This document shows positions 13,561 to 28,500 of a stretch of DNA of 64,000 nucleotides, piece after piece. The DNA is from Squalus acanthias (taxonomy: Eukaryota), in NCBI GenBank assembly GCA_030390025.1, contig CM059438.1:60576001-60640000 (forward strand), written 5' to 3'. How positions within the stretch are numbered: position 1 is the first letter of the stretch; each line of letters opens with the position of its first letter. A program made the translations under genes and the position numbers. The notes under the pieces are model-generated. The model saw nothing but the letters and a program-made list of their open reading frames with translations, was not told the origin of the DNA and made no database searches.

Positions 13561-16500
13561 TATCCAACATAAATTAGTATCCAACATAAAGTAGTATTCA
13601 TCCTAAATTAGTATCCAACATAAAGTAGTATCCAACATAAAGTAGTATCCAACATAAAGTAGTATCCAACATAAAGTAGTATCCAACATAAAGTAGTATT
13701 CATCATAAATTAGTATCCAACATAAAGTAGTATCCAACATAAATTAGTATCCAACATGAAGTAGTATCCAACATAAATTAGTATCCAACATGAAGTAGTA
13801 TCCAACATAAAGTAGTATCCAACATAAAGTAGTATCCAACATAAAGTAGTATCCAACATAAAGTAGTATCCAACATAAAGTAGTATCCAACATAAAGTAG
13901 TATCCAACATAAAGTAGTATCCAACATAAGTAGTATCCAACATAAAGTAGTATCCAACATAAATTAGTATCCAACATGAGTAGTATCCAACAAAATTAGT
14001 ATCCAACATGAAGTAGTATCCAACATAAAGTAGTATCCAACATAAATTAGTATCCAACATGAAATTAGTATCCAACATAAATTAGTATCCAACATGAAGT
14101 AGTATCCAACATAAAGTAGCATCCAACATAAAGTAGTATCCAACATAAATTAGTATCCAACATGAAGTAGTATCCAACATAAAGTAGTATCCAACATAAA
14201 GTAGTATCCAACATAAATTAGCTATCCACATAAAGTAGTATCCAACATAAAGTAGTATCCAACATAAAGTAGTATCCAACATAAAGTAGTATCCAACATA
14301 AAGTAGTATCCAACATAAGTAGTATCCACATAAATTAGTATCCAACATTCCTAAATTAGTAGTATCCAACATAAAGTAGTATCCAACATAAGTAATATCC
14401 AACATAAATTAGTATCCAACATAAAGTAGTATCCAACATAAATTAGTATCCAACATAAAGTAGTATCCAACATAAAGTAGTATCCAACATAAAGTAGTAT
14501 CCAACATAAAGTAGTATCCAACATAAAGTAGTATCCAACATAAAGTAGTATCCAAAATAAAGTAGTATCCAACATAAAGTAGTATCCAACATAAAGTAGT
14601 ATCCAACATAAAGTAGTATCCAACATAAAGTAGTATCCAACATAAAGTAGTATCCAAAACAAAGTAGTATCCACATAAAGTAGTATCCAACATAAAGTAG
14701 TATCCAACATAAAGTAGTATCCAACATAAAGTAGTATCCAACATAAAGTAGTATCCAACATAAAGTAGTATCAACATAAATTAGTATCCCAACATAAAGT
14801 AGTATCCAACATAAAGTAGTATCCAACATAAATTAGTATCCAACATAAAGTAGTATCCAACATAAATTAGTATCCAACATAAATTAGTACCCACTGAAAG
14901 TAGTATCCAACATAAAATAGTATCCAACATAAAGTAGTATCCAACATAAAGTAGTATCCAACATAAAGTAGTATCCAACATAAATTAGTATCCAACATAA
15001 AGTAGTATCCAACATAAATTAGTATCCAACATGAAAGTAGTATCCAACATAAAGTAGTATCCAACATAAATTAGTATCCAACATAAGTAGTATCCAACAT
15101 AAAGTAGTATCCAACATAAAGTAGTATCCAACATAAAGTAGTATCCAACATAAAGTAGTATCCAACATAAAGTAGTATCCAACATAAAGTAGTATCCAAC
15201 ATAAAGTAGTATCCAACATAAAGTAGTATCCAACATAAAGTAGTATCCAACATAAATGGTATCCAACATAAAGTAGTATCCAACATAAAGTAGTATCCAA
15301 CATAAAGTAGTATCCAACATAAAGTAGTATCCAACATAAAGTAGTATCCAACATAAAGTAGTATCCAACATAAAGTAGTATCCAACATAAAGTAGTATCC
15401 AACATAAAGTAGTATCCAACATAAAGTAGTATCCAACTTAAAGTAGTATCCAACATAAATTAGTATCCAACATAAATTACTATCCAACATAAATTAGAAT
15501 CCAACATAAAGTAGTATCAACATAAAGTAGTATCCAACATAAAGTAGTATCCAACATAAGTAGTATCCAACATAAATTAGTATCCAACATAAAGTAGTAT
15601 CCAACATAAGTAGTATCCAACATAAAGAATAGTATCCAACATGAAGTAGTATCCAACATAAATTAGTATCCAACATGAATTAGTATCCAACATGAAGTAG
15701 TATCCAACATAAGTAGTATCCAACATAAAGTAGTATCCAACATAAGTAGTATCCAACATAAATTAGTATCCAACATAAAGTAGTACCAACATAAATTAGT
15801 ATCCAACATAAAGTAGTATCCAACATAATTAGTATCAAACATAAAGTAGTATCCCACATAAATTAGTATCCAACATGAAGTAGTATCCAACATAAATTAG
15901 TAACCAACATAAATTAGTATCCAACATAAAGTAGTATCCAACATAAAGTATATCCAACATAATTAGTATCCAACATCGAATAGTATCCAACATAAATTAT
16001 ATCAACATGAAGTAGTATCCAACATAAAGTAGTATCCAACATAAATTAGTATCCAACATAAATTAGTATCCAACATAAAGTAGTATCCAACATAAAGTAG
16101 TATCCAACATAAAGTAGTATCCAACATAAAGTAGTATCCAACATAAATTAGTATCCAACATAAAGTAGTATCCAACATAAATTAGTATCCAACATGAAGT
16201 AGTATCCAACATAAATTAGTATCCAACATAAAGTAGTATCCAACATAAAGTAGTATCCAACATAAATTAGTTTCCAACATAAAGTAGTATCCAACATAAA
16301 GTAGTTCCAACATAATTAGTATCCAACATAAAGTAGTATCCAACATAAATTAGTATCCAACATAAAGTAGTATCCAACATAAATTAGTATCCAACATAAA
16401 GTAGTATCCAACATGAAGGTAGTATCCAACATATATTAGTATCCAACATAAAGTAGTATCCAACATAAATTAGTATCCAATATAAAGTAGTATCCAACAT

Positions 16501-19500
16501 GAAAGTAGTATCCAACATAAATTAGTTCCAACATAAAGTAGTATCCAACATAAATTAGTATCCAACATGAAATTAGTATCCAACATAAAGAAGAATCCAA
16601 CATAAATTAGTATCCAACATAAAGTAGTATCCAAAACAAAGTAGTATCCAACATAAATAAGTACCACCATAAAGTATAACCAACATAAATTAGTAACCAA
16701 TAAAGTAGTACCAACATAAAAGTAGTATCCAAACGAAGTAGTAAACAGCACAAAAGATTTCCAATATAAAGTATAACCAACATAAATGGTATCCAACATA
16801 AAATAGTATCCAACAGAAGTAGTATCCTGCACAAAGTGAGTTCCACATAAAGTAGTATCCAACATAAAGTAGTATCCAACCATAAATTGGTATCCAACGT
16901 AATAGTAGGTTATCCTGCACAAAATGATTTCCACAATAAAAATAGGATCCAACATAAATTAGTATCCAACATAAATTAGTATCCACATAAATTAGTAACC
17001 AACATGAAGTAGTATCCAACTGAAGTATTATCAAACAGAAAGTATATCCAAAGAAAAGTATACCAACTTAAAGTAGTATCCAACATAAAGTAGTATGCCA
17101 ACATAAGTAGATCCAACATACAGAGTATCGATAAAGTAGTATCCAACATAAAGTAGTATCCAACATAAAGTAGAATCCAACATAAAGTAGTATCCACATA
17201 AGTAGTATCCAACATAAGTAGTTCCAACATAAAGTAGTACCAACTTAAAGTAGTATCCAACATAAAGGAGTATCCAACATAAAGTAGTATCCAACATAAA
17301 TAAGTATCCAACATAAAGTAGTATCCAACATAAAGTAGTATCCCAACATAAAGTAGTATCCAACATAAATTAGTATCCAACATAAAGTAGTATCCAACAT
17401 AAATTAGTATCCAACATTAATTAGTATCCAACTAAAGTAGTATCCAACAAGAAGTAGTATCCAACATGAAAGTAGTATCCAACATAAATTAGTATCCAAC
17501 ATGAAGTAGATCCAACATAAAGTAGTATCCAACATAAATTAGTATCCAACATGAATAGTATCCAACATGAATAGTAGTCCAACATAAATAGTATCCAACA
17601 TAAATTAGTATCCAACATAAAGTAGTATCCAACATAAAGTAGTATCCAACATAAATTAGTATCGAACATAAATTAGTATCCAGACATAAAGTAGTATCCA
17701 ACATAAATTAGTATCCAACATGAAGTATATCCAACATAAGTAGTATCCAACATAAATTAGTATCAACATAAGGTAGTATCCAACATAAATTAGTATCCAA
17801 CATGAAGTAGTATCCAACATAAGTAGTATCCAACATGAAGTAGTATCCAACATAATGTAGTATCCAACATAAAGTAGTATCCAACATAAAGTAGTATCCA
17901 ACATAAAGTAGTTTCCAACATAAAGTAGTATCCAACATAAGTAGTATCCAACATAAAGTAGTTTCCAACATAAAGTAGTATCCAACATAAAGTAGTATCC
18001 AACATAAATTAGTATCCAACATGAAGTGAGTATTCCAACATAAAGTTAGTATCCAACATATAGTAGTATCCAACATAAATTAGTATCCAACATAAAGTAG
18101 TATCCAACATAAATTAGTATCCAACATGAAGTAGTATCCAACATAAAGTAGTATCCAACAAAAGTGTATTCCAACATAAAGTAGTATCCAACATAAATTA
18201 GTATCCAACAGAAAGTAGTATCCAACATTAATTAGTATCCAACATAAAGTAGTATCCAACATAAAGTAGCATCCAACATAAAGTAATATCCAACATAAAT
18301 TGGTATCCAACATGAAGTAGTATCCAACATAAATTAGTATCCAACATAAATTAGTATCCAACATAAAGTAGTATCCAACATAAAGTAGTATCCAACATAA
18401 AGTAGTATCCAACATAAATTAGTATCCAACATAAAGTAGTATCCAACATAAAGTAGTATCCAACATAAAGTAGTATCCAACATAAAGTAGTATCCAACAT
18501 AAAGTAGTATCCAACATAAAGTGTTCCAACATAAAGTAGTATCCAACATAAATTAGTATCCAACATAAAGTAGTATCCAACATAAATTAGTATCCAACTT
18601 AAAGTAGTATCCAACATAAAGTAGTATCCAACATAAAGTAGTATCCAACATAAGTAGTATCCAACATAAATTAGTATCCAACATAAAGTAGTATCCAACA
18701 TAAAGTAGTATCCAACATAAGTAGTATCCACATAATTAGTATCCAACATAAAGTAGTATCCAACATAAAGTAGTATCCAACATAAAGTAGTATCCAACAT
18801 AATGTAGTATCCAACACAAAGTAGTATCCAACATAAAGTGTATTCCAACATAATGTAGTTCCAACATAAAGTAGTATCCAACATAAAGTAGTATCCAACA
18901 TAAAGTAGTATCCAACATAAAGTAGTATCCAACATAAAGTAGTATCCAACATAAATTAGTATCCAACATATATTAGTTTCCAACATAAGTAGTATCCAAC
19001 ATAAAGTAGTATCCAACATAAATTAGTATCCAACATAAAGTAGTATCCAACATAAAGTAGTATCCAACATGAAAGTAGTATCCAACATAAAGTAGCATCC
19101 AACATAAAGTAGTATCCAACATTAAAGTAGTATCCAACATAAAGTAGTATCCAACATAAATTAGTATCCAACATAAAGTAGTATCCAACATAAAGTTAGT
19201 ATCCAAACATAAAGTAGTATCCAACATAAATTAGTATCCAACATAAAGTAGTATCCAACATAAATTAGTATCCAACATGAAGTAGTATCCAACATAAAGT
19301 AGTATCCAACATAAAGTAGTATCCAACATAAAGTAGTATCCAACATGAAGTAGTATCCAACATAAATTAGTATCCAACATAAAGTAGTATCCAACATAAA
19401 GTAGTATCCAACATAAAGTAGTATCCAACATAAGTAGTATCCAACATAAGTATATCCAACATAAAGTAGTATCCAACATAAAGTAGTATCCAACATAAAT

Positions 19501-22500
19501 TAGTATCCAACATAAAGTAGTATCCAACATAAAGTAGTATCCAACATAAAGTAGTATCCAACACAAAGTAGTATCCAACATAAAGTAGTATCCAACATAT
19601 GTAGTATCCAACATAAAGTAGTATCCAACATAAAGTAGTATCCAACATAAAGTAGTATCCAACATGAATTAGTATCCAACATAAAGTAGTATCCAACATA
19701 AAGTAGTATCCAACATAAAGTAGTATCCAACATAAAGTAGTATCCAACATAAGTAGTATCCAACATAAATTAGTATCCAACATATAGTAGTATCCAACAT
19801 AAATTAGTATCCAACATAAAGTAGTATCCAACATAAAGCAGTATCCAACTAGAAGTAGTAGCAAAGTGATTCACATAATAGTAGTATCCAACATAAAGTG
19901 GTATCCAACATACAGTAGTATTCCAACATAAAGTAGTACCTGCACATGAAGTTGTAGTCACATAAAGTACCTTATCCAACATAAAGTAGTATCCAACATA
20001 AAGTAGGTATCCAACATAAAGTATTATCCGGACATGAAGTGAGTTTCCACATAAAGTAGTATCCAACATAAATTAGTATCCACCAGGAGTAGTATCCAAC
20101 ATAAATTAGTATCCAACAGAAGTAGTATCCAACATGAAGTAGTATCCACAGAAAGTAGTAGCCAACAGAAAGTAGTATCCAACTTGAAGTAGTATCGCAA
20201 CTTAAAGTTGCATCCAACATAAGTTAGAATCCATATGAGTAAGTATCCAAACATAAAGTAGTATCCAAAATGAAGTAGTAGTCCAACCATGAGTACTAGC
20301 CAACACAACAGTAGTATTCCAACACTAAGTGAGTTTCCAACATACTGTGAGTATCAACATAAAGTTGTTCCAACTTAAAGTAGTATCCAACATAAAGTAG
20401 TATCCAACATAAAGTAGTATCCAACATAAAGTAGTATCCAACATAATTAGTATCCAACATAAAGTAGTATCCAACATAAAGTAGTATCCAACATAAAGTA
20501 GTATCCAACATAAAGTAGTATCCAACATAAATTAGTATCCAACATAAAGTAGTATCCAACATAAAGTAGTATCCAACATAAAGTAGTATCCAACATAAAG
20601 TAGTATCAACATAAAGTAGTATCCAACATAAAGTAGTATCCAACATAAAGTAGTATCCAACATAAAGTAGTATCCAACATAAATTAGTATCCAACATAAA
20701 GTAGTATCCAACATAAATTAGTATCCAACATAAGTAGTATCCAACATAAATTAGTATCCAACATAAATTAGTATCCAACATAAAGTAGTATCCAACATAA
20801 AGTAGTATCCAACATAAATTAGTATCCAACATAAAGTAGTATCCAACATAAAGTAGTATCCAACATAAATTAGTATCCAACATAAAGTAGTATCCAACAT
20901 AAATTAGTATCCAACATAAATTAGTATCCAACATAAAGTAGTATCCAACATAAAGTAGTATCCAACATAAAGTAGTATCCAACACAAAGTGAGTATCCAA
21001 CATAAAGTAGTATCCAACATAAATAGTATCAACATAAAGTAGTATCCAACATAAATTAGTATCCAACATAAGTAGTATCCAACATAAATTAGTATCCAAC
21101 ACTAAAGTAGTATCCAACATAAAGTTGTATCCAACATAAGTAGTATCCAACATAAATTAGTATCCAACATAAAGTAGTATCCAACATAGTAGTATCCAAC
21201 ATAAATTAGTATCCACATAAAGTAGTATCCAACATAAATAGTATCCAACATAAAGTAGTATCCAACATAAGTAGTTCCAACATAAATTTAGTATCCAACA
21301 TGAAGTAGTATCCAACATAAATTAGTATCCAACATAAGTAGTATCCAACATAAAGTAGTATCCAACATAAATTAGTATCCAACTAAAAGTAGTATCCAAC
21401 AGAAGTTATTATCCAACATAATTAGTATCCACATAAGTAATCCAACATAAAGTAGTATCCAACATAAAGTAGTATCCAACATAAAGTAGTATCCAACATA
21501 AAGTAGTATCCAACATAAAGTAGTATCCAACATAAAGTAGTATCCAACATAAAGTAGTATCCAACATAAAGTAGTATCCAACATAAATTAGTATCCAACA
21601 TAAAGTAGTATCCAACATAAAGTAGTATCCAACATAAGTAGTATCCAACATAAAGTAGTATCCAACATAAAGTAGTATCCAACATAAGTAGTATCCAACA
21701 TAAAGTAGTATCCAACATAAAGTAGTATCCAACATAAAGTAGTATCCAACATAAAGTAGTATCCAACATAAAGTAGTATCCAACATAAAGTAGTATCCAA
21801 CATAAAGTAGTATCCAACATAAAGTAGTATCCAACATAAATTAGTATCCAACATAAAGTAGTATCCAACATTAATTAGTATCCAACATAAAGTAGTATCC
21901 AACATAAATTAGTATCCAACATAAAGTAGTATCCAACATAAATTAGTATCCAACATAAAGTAGTATCCAACATAAAGTAGTATCCAACATAAATTAGTAT
22001 CCAACATAAAGTAGTATCCAACATAAAGTAGTATCCATCATATAGTATCCAACATAAAGTAGTATCCAACATAAAGTAGTATCCAACATAAAGTATTATC
22101 CAACATAAATTAGTATCCAACATAAAGTAGTATCCAACATAATTAGTATCCAACATAAAGTAGTATCCAACATAAATTAGTATCCAACATAAATAGTATC
22201 CAACATAAATAGTATCCAACATAAAGTAGTATCCAACATAAATTAGTATCCAACATGAAGTAGTATCCAACATAAAGTAGTATCCAACATAAATTAGTAT
22301 CCAACATAAAGTAGTATCCAACATAAATTAGTATCCAACATAAAGTAGTATCCAACAAAATGTAGTATCCAACAAAATTAGTATCCAACATAAAGTAGTA
22401 TCCAACATAAAGTAGTATCCAACATAAATTAGTATCCAACATAAAGTAGTATCCAACATAAAGTAGTATCCAACATAAATTAGTATCCAACATAAAGTAG

Positions 22501-25500
22501 TATACAACATAAAGTAGTATCCACATAAAGTAGTATGCCAACATAAAGTCAGTTCCACATAAGAGTATCCAACATAATTAGTATCCAACATGAAAGTAGT
22601 ATCCAACATAAAGTAGTATCCAACATAAAGTAGTATCCAACATAAAGTAGTATCCAACATAAAGTAGTATCCAACATAAAGTAGGATCCAACATAAAGTA
22701 GTATCCAACATAAAGTAGTATCCAACATAAAGTAGTATCCAACATAAAGTAGTATCCACATAAAGTAGTATCCAACTTAAAGTAGTATCCAACATAAAAG
22801 TAGTATCCAACATAAATTAGAATCCAACATAAAGTAGTATCCAACATAAATTAGTATCCAACATGAAGTAGTATCCAACATAAAGTAGTATCCAACATAA
22901 AGTAGTATCCAACATAAATTAGTATCCAACATGAATTAGTATCCAACATAAAGTAGTATCCAACATAAATTAGTATCCAACATAAAGTAGTATCCAACAT
23001 AAAGTAGTATCCAACATAAATTAGTATCCAACATAAAGTAGTATCCAACATAAATTAGTATCCAACATGAAGTAGTATCCAACATAAAGTAGTATCCAAC
23101 ATAAAGTAGTATCCAACATAAAGTAGTATCCAACATAAATTAGTATCCAACATGAAGTAGTATCCAACATAAAGTAGTATCCAACATAAAGTAGTATCCA
23201 ACATAAATTAGTATTCAACATAAGGTAGTATACAACATAAAGTAGTATCCAACATAAATTAGTATCCAACATGAAGTAGTATCCAACATAAAGTAGTATC
23301 CAACATAAAGTAGTATCCAACATAAAGTAGTATCCAACATAAATTAGTATCCAACATAAAGTAGTATCCAACATAAAGTAGTATCCAACATAAAGTAGTA
23401 TCCAACATTAAAGTAGTATCCAACAAAAGTAGTATCCAACATAAAGTAGCTTCCCAACATAAAGTAGTGTCCAACATCAAGTAGTATCCAACATAAAGTA
23501 GTATCCACACAAATAGTATAAAGTAGTATCCACACAAAGTAGTATCAACATAAAGTAGTATCCAACATAAAGTAGTATCCAACATAGTTGTATCCAACAT
23601 AAAGTAGTATCCAACAAAATTAGTATCCAACATAAAGTAGTATCCAACATAAAGTAGAATCCAACATAAATTAGTATCCAACATAAAGTAGTATCCAACA
23701 TAAAGTAGTATCCAACATAAAGTAGTATCCAAAATAAAGTAGTATCCAACATAATTAGTATCCTAACATAAATTAGTAGCTCCAACATAAAGTAGTATCC
23801 AACTAAAAGTAGTAATCCAACATAAGTAGTATCCACATAAAGTAGAATCCAACATAAAGTAGTATCCAACATAAAGTAGTATCCAACATAAAGTAGTATC
23901 CAACATAAAGTAGTATCCAACATAAAGTAGTATCCAACATAAAGTAGTATCCAACATAAAGTAGTATCCAACATAAAGTAGTATCCAACATAAAGTAGTA
24001 TCCAACATAAAGTAGTATCCAACATAAAGTAGTATCCAACATAAAGTAGTATCCAACATAAAGTAGTATCCAACATAAATAGTATCCAACATAAAGTAGT
24101 ATCCAACATAAAGTAGTATCCAACATAAAGTAGTATCCAACATAAAGTAGTATCCAACATAAAGTAGTATCCAACATAAATTAGTATCCAACATAAAGTA
24201 GTATCCAACATAAAGTAGTATCCAACATAAATTAGTATCCAACATAAAGTAGTATCCAACATAAAGTAGTATCCAACATGAATTAGTATCCAACATAAAT
24301 TAGTATCCAACATAAAGTAGTATCCAACATAAAGTAGTATCCAACATAATTAGTATCCAACATAAAGTAGTATCCAACATAAAGTAGTATCCAACATAAA
24401 GTAGTATCCAACATAAATTAGTATCCAACATAAAGTAGTATCCAACATAAAGTAGTATCCAACAGAAGTAGTATCCAACATAAGTAGTATCCAACATAAG
24501 TAGTATCCAACATAAAGTAGTATCCAACATAAAGTAGTATCCAACATAAAGTAGTATCCAACATAAGTAGTATCCAACATAAAGTAGTATCCAACATAAA
24601 GTAGTATCCAACATAAAGTAGTATCCAACATAAAGTAGTATCCAACATAAAGTAGTATCCACATAAGTAGTTCCAACATAAAGTAGTATCCAACATAAAG
24701 TAGTATCCAACATAAAGTAGTATCCAACATAAAGTAGTATCCAACATAAAGTAGTATTCCAACCATAAAGTAGTATCCAACATAAGTAGTATCCAACATA
24801 AATTAGTATCCAACATAAAGTAGTATCCAACATAATTAGTATCCAACATAAAGTAGTATCCAACATAAAGTAGTATCCAACATAAATTAGTATCCAACAT
24901 AAATAGTATCCAACATGAAGTAGTATCCAACATAAATTAGTATCCAACATAAAGTAGTATCCAACATAATTAGTATGCCAACATAAAGTAGTATCCAACA
25001 TAAAGTAGTATCCAACATAAATTAGTATCCAACATGAAAGTAGTATCCAACATAAGTAGTATCCAACATGAAGTAGTATCCAACATAAGTAGTATCCAAC
25101 ATAAATTAGTATCCAACATAAAGTAGTATCCAACATAAATTAGTATCCAACATGAAGTAGTATCCAACATAAATTAGTATCCAACATAAAGTAGTATCCA
25201 ACATAAAGTAGTATCCAACATAAATTAGTATCCAACATAAAGTAGTATCCAACATAAAGTAGTATCCAACATAAAGTAGTATCCAACATAAAGTAGTATC
25301 CAACATAAATTAGAATCCAACATAAAGTAGTATCCAACATAAATTAGTATCCAACATAAAGTAGTATCCAAAATGAAGTAGTATCCAACATAAATTAGTA
25401 TCCAACATAAAGTAGTATCCAACATAAATTAGTATCCAACATAAAGTAGTATCCAACATAAAGTAGTATCCAACATAAAGTAGTTTCCACATAAAGTAGT

Positions 25501-28500
25501 ATCCAACATAAAGTAGTATCCAACATAAAGTAGTATCCAACATAAAGTAGTATCCAACATAAATTAGTATCCAACATAAAGTAGTATCCAACATAAGTAG
25601 TATCCAACATAAATTAGTATCCAACATAAAGTAGTAATCCAACATAAATTAGTAACCAACATAAAGTAGTATCCAACATAAAGTAGTATCCAACACGAAG
25701 TAGTATACAGCACAAAATGATATCCAACATAAAGTAGTATCCAACATAAATGGTATCCAACATAAATTAGTATCCAACATAAAGTAGTATCCTACACAAA
25801 GTGAGTTCCACATAAAGTAGTATCCAACATAAAGTAGTATCCAACATAAAGTAGTATCCAAAATAAATTAGTATCCAACATAAAGTAGTATCCAACATAA
25901 AGTAGTATCCAACATGTATTAGTATCCAACATAAATTAGTATCCAACATAAATTAGTATCCAACATAAAGTAGTATCCAACATAAAGTAGTATCCAACAT
26001 AAATTAGTATCCAACACAAAGTAGTATCCAACATAAAGTAGTATCCAACATAATGTAGTATCCAACATAAAGTAGTATCCAACATAAAGTAGTATCCAAC
26101 ATGAAGTAGTATCCAACATAAATTAGTATCCAACATAAAGTAGTATCCAACATAAATTAGTATCCAACATAAGTTAGTATCCAACATAAATTAGTATCCA
26201 ACATGAAGTAGTATCCAACATGAAGTAGTATCCAACATAAAGCAGTATCCAACATAAAGTAGTATCCAACATAAATTAGTATCCAACATGAAGTAGTATC
26301 CAACATAAATTAGTATCCAACATGAAGTAGTATCCAACATAAATTAGTATCCAACATAAAGTAGTATCCAACATAAAGTAGTATCCAACATAAATTAGTT
26401 TCCAACGCAAAGTAGTATCCAACACAAAGTGATTTCCACATAATGTAGTGTCCAACATAAAGTAGTATCCAACATAAATTAGAATCCAACATAAAGTAGA
26501 ATCCAACATAAATTGGTATCCAACATAAAGTAGTTACCAAAATGAGGTAGTATCCAACATAAATTAGTATCCAACATAAATTACTATCCAACATAAAGTA
26601 GTATCCAATATAAAGTAGTATCCAACATAAAATAGTATCCAACATAAAGTAGTATCCAAAATAAAGTAGTATCCAACATGTATTAGTATCCAACATAAAT
26701 TAGTATCCAACATAAATTAGTATCCAACATAAAGTAGTATCCAACATAAAGTAGTATCCAACATAAATTAGTATCCAACACAAAGTAGTATCCAACAAAA
26801 AGTGATTTCCACAAAATGTAGTGTCCAACATAAAGTAGTATCCAACATAAATTAGTATCCAACATGAAGTAGTATCCAACATAAATTAGTATCCAACACA
26901 AAGTAGTATCCAACATAAATTAGTATCCAACATAAGTTAGTTTCCAACATAAATTAGTATCCAACATGAAGTAGTATCCAACATGAAGTAGTATCCAACA
27001 TAAAGCAGTATCCAACATAAAGTAGTATCCAACATAAATTAGTTTCCAACTCAAAGCAGTATCCAACACAAAGTGATTTCCACATAATGTAGTGTCCAAC
27101 ATAAAGTAGTATCCAACATTAATTAGAATCCAACATAAAGTAGAATCCAACATAAAGTAGTATCCAACATAAAGTAGTATCCAACATAAAGTAGTATCCA
27201 ACATAAAGTAGTATCCAACATAAAGTAGTATCCAACTTAAAGTAGTATCCAACATAAAGTAGTATCCAATATAAAGTAGTATCCAAAATAAAGTAGTATC
27301 CAACATAAAGTAGTATCCAACATAAATTAGTATCCAACATGAAGTAGTATCCAACATAAAGTAGTATCCAACATAAAGTAGTATCCAACATAAATTAGTA
27401 TCCAACATAAAGTAGTATCCAACATAAATTAGGATCCAACATAAATTAGTATCGAACATAAATTAGTATCCAACATGAAGTAGCATCCAACATAAATTAG
27501 TATCCAACATGAAGTAGTATCCAATATATAGTAGTATCCAAAATAAAGTAGTATCCAACATAAAGTGGTATCCAAATTAAATTAGTATCCAACATGAAGT
27601 AGTATCCAACATAAAGTAGTATCCAACATAAATTAGTATCCAACATGAAGTAGTATCCAACATAAAGTAGTATCCAACATAAAGTAGTATCCAACATAAA
27701 TTAGTATCCAACATAAAGTAGTATCCAACATAAATTAGGATCCAACATAAATTAGTATCCAACATAAAGTAGTATCCAACATAAATTAGGATCCAACATA
27801 AATTAGTATCGAACATAAATTAGTATCCAACATGAAGTAGCATCCAACATAAATTAGTATCCAACATGAAGTAGTATCCAACAGAAAGTAGTATCCAACA
27901 TAAATTAGTATGCAACATAAAGTAGTATCCAACATAAATTAGTATCCAACATAAATTAGTATCCAACATAAATTAGTATGCAACATAAAGTAGCATCCAA
28001 CATAAATTAGTATCCAACATAAATTAGTATCCAACATGAAGTAGTATCCAACATAAATTAGTATCCAACATGAAGTAGTATCCAACATAAATTAGTATCC
28101 AACATAAAGTAGTATCCAACATAAAGTAGTATCCAACATAAATTAGTTTCCAACGCAAAGTAGTATCCAACACAAAGTGATTTCCACATAATGTAGTGTC
28201 CAACATAAAGTAGTATCCAACATAAATTAGAATCCAACATAAAGTAGAATCCAACATAAATTGGTATCCAACATAAAGTAGTTACCAAAATGAGGTAGTA
28301 TCCAACATAAATTAGTATCCAACATAAATTAGCATCCAACATAAATTAGTATCCAATATAAAGCAGTATCCAACACAAAGTAGAATTCAACACAAAGTGA
28401 TTTCCACATAAAGTAGTATCCAACATAAATTAGTATCCAACATAAAGTAGCATCCAACATAAAGAAGAATCCAACATAAATTAGTATCCAACATAAAGTA

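Noticed and set aside
19850..20370. Possible non-satellite insertion or mobile element in the most irregular stretch
   Set aside because: It still follows the ~17-bp phase and contains distorted layer A markers (cctgcac, gtgagtttccac, aacagaaag, aacttaaag). There are no terminal repeats or target-site duplication.
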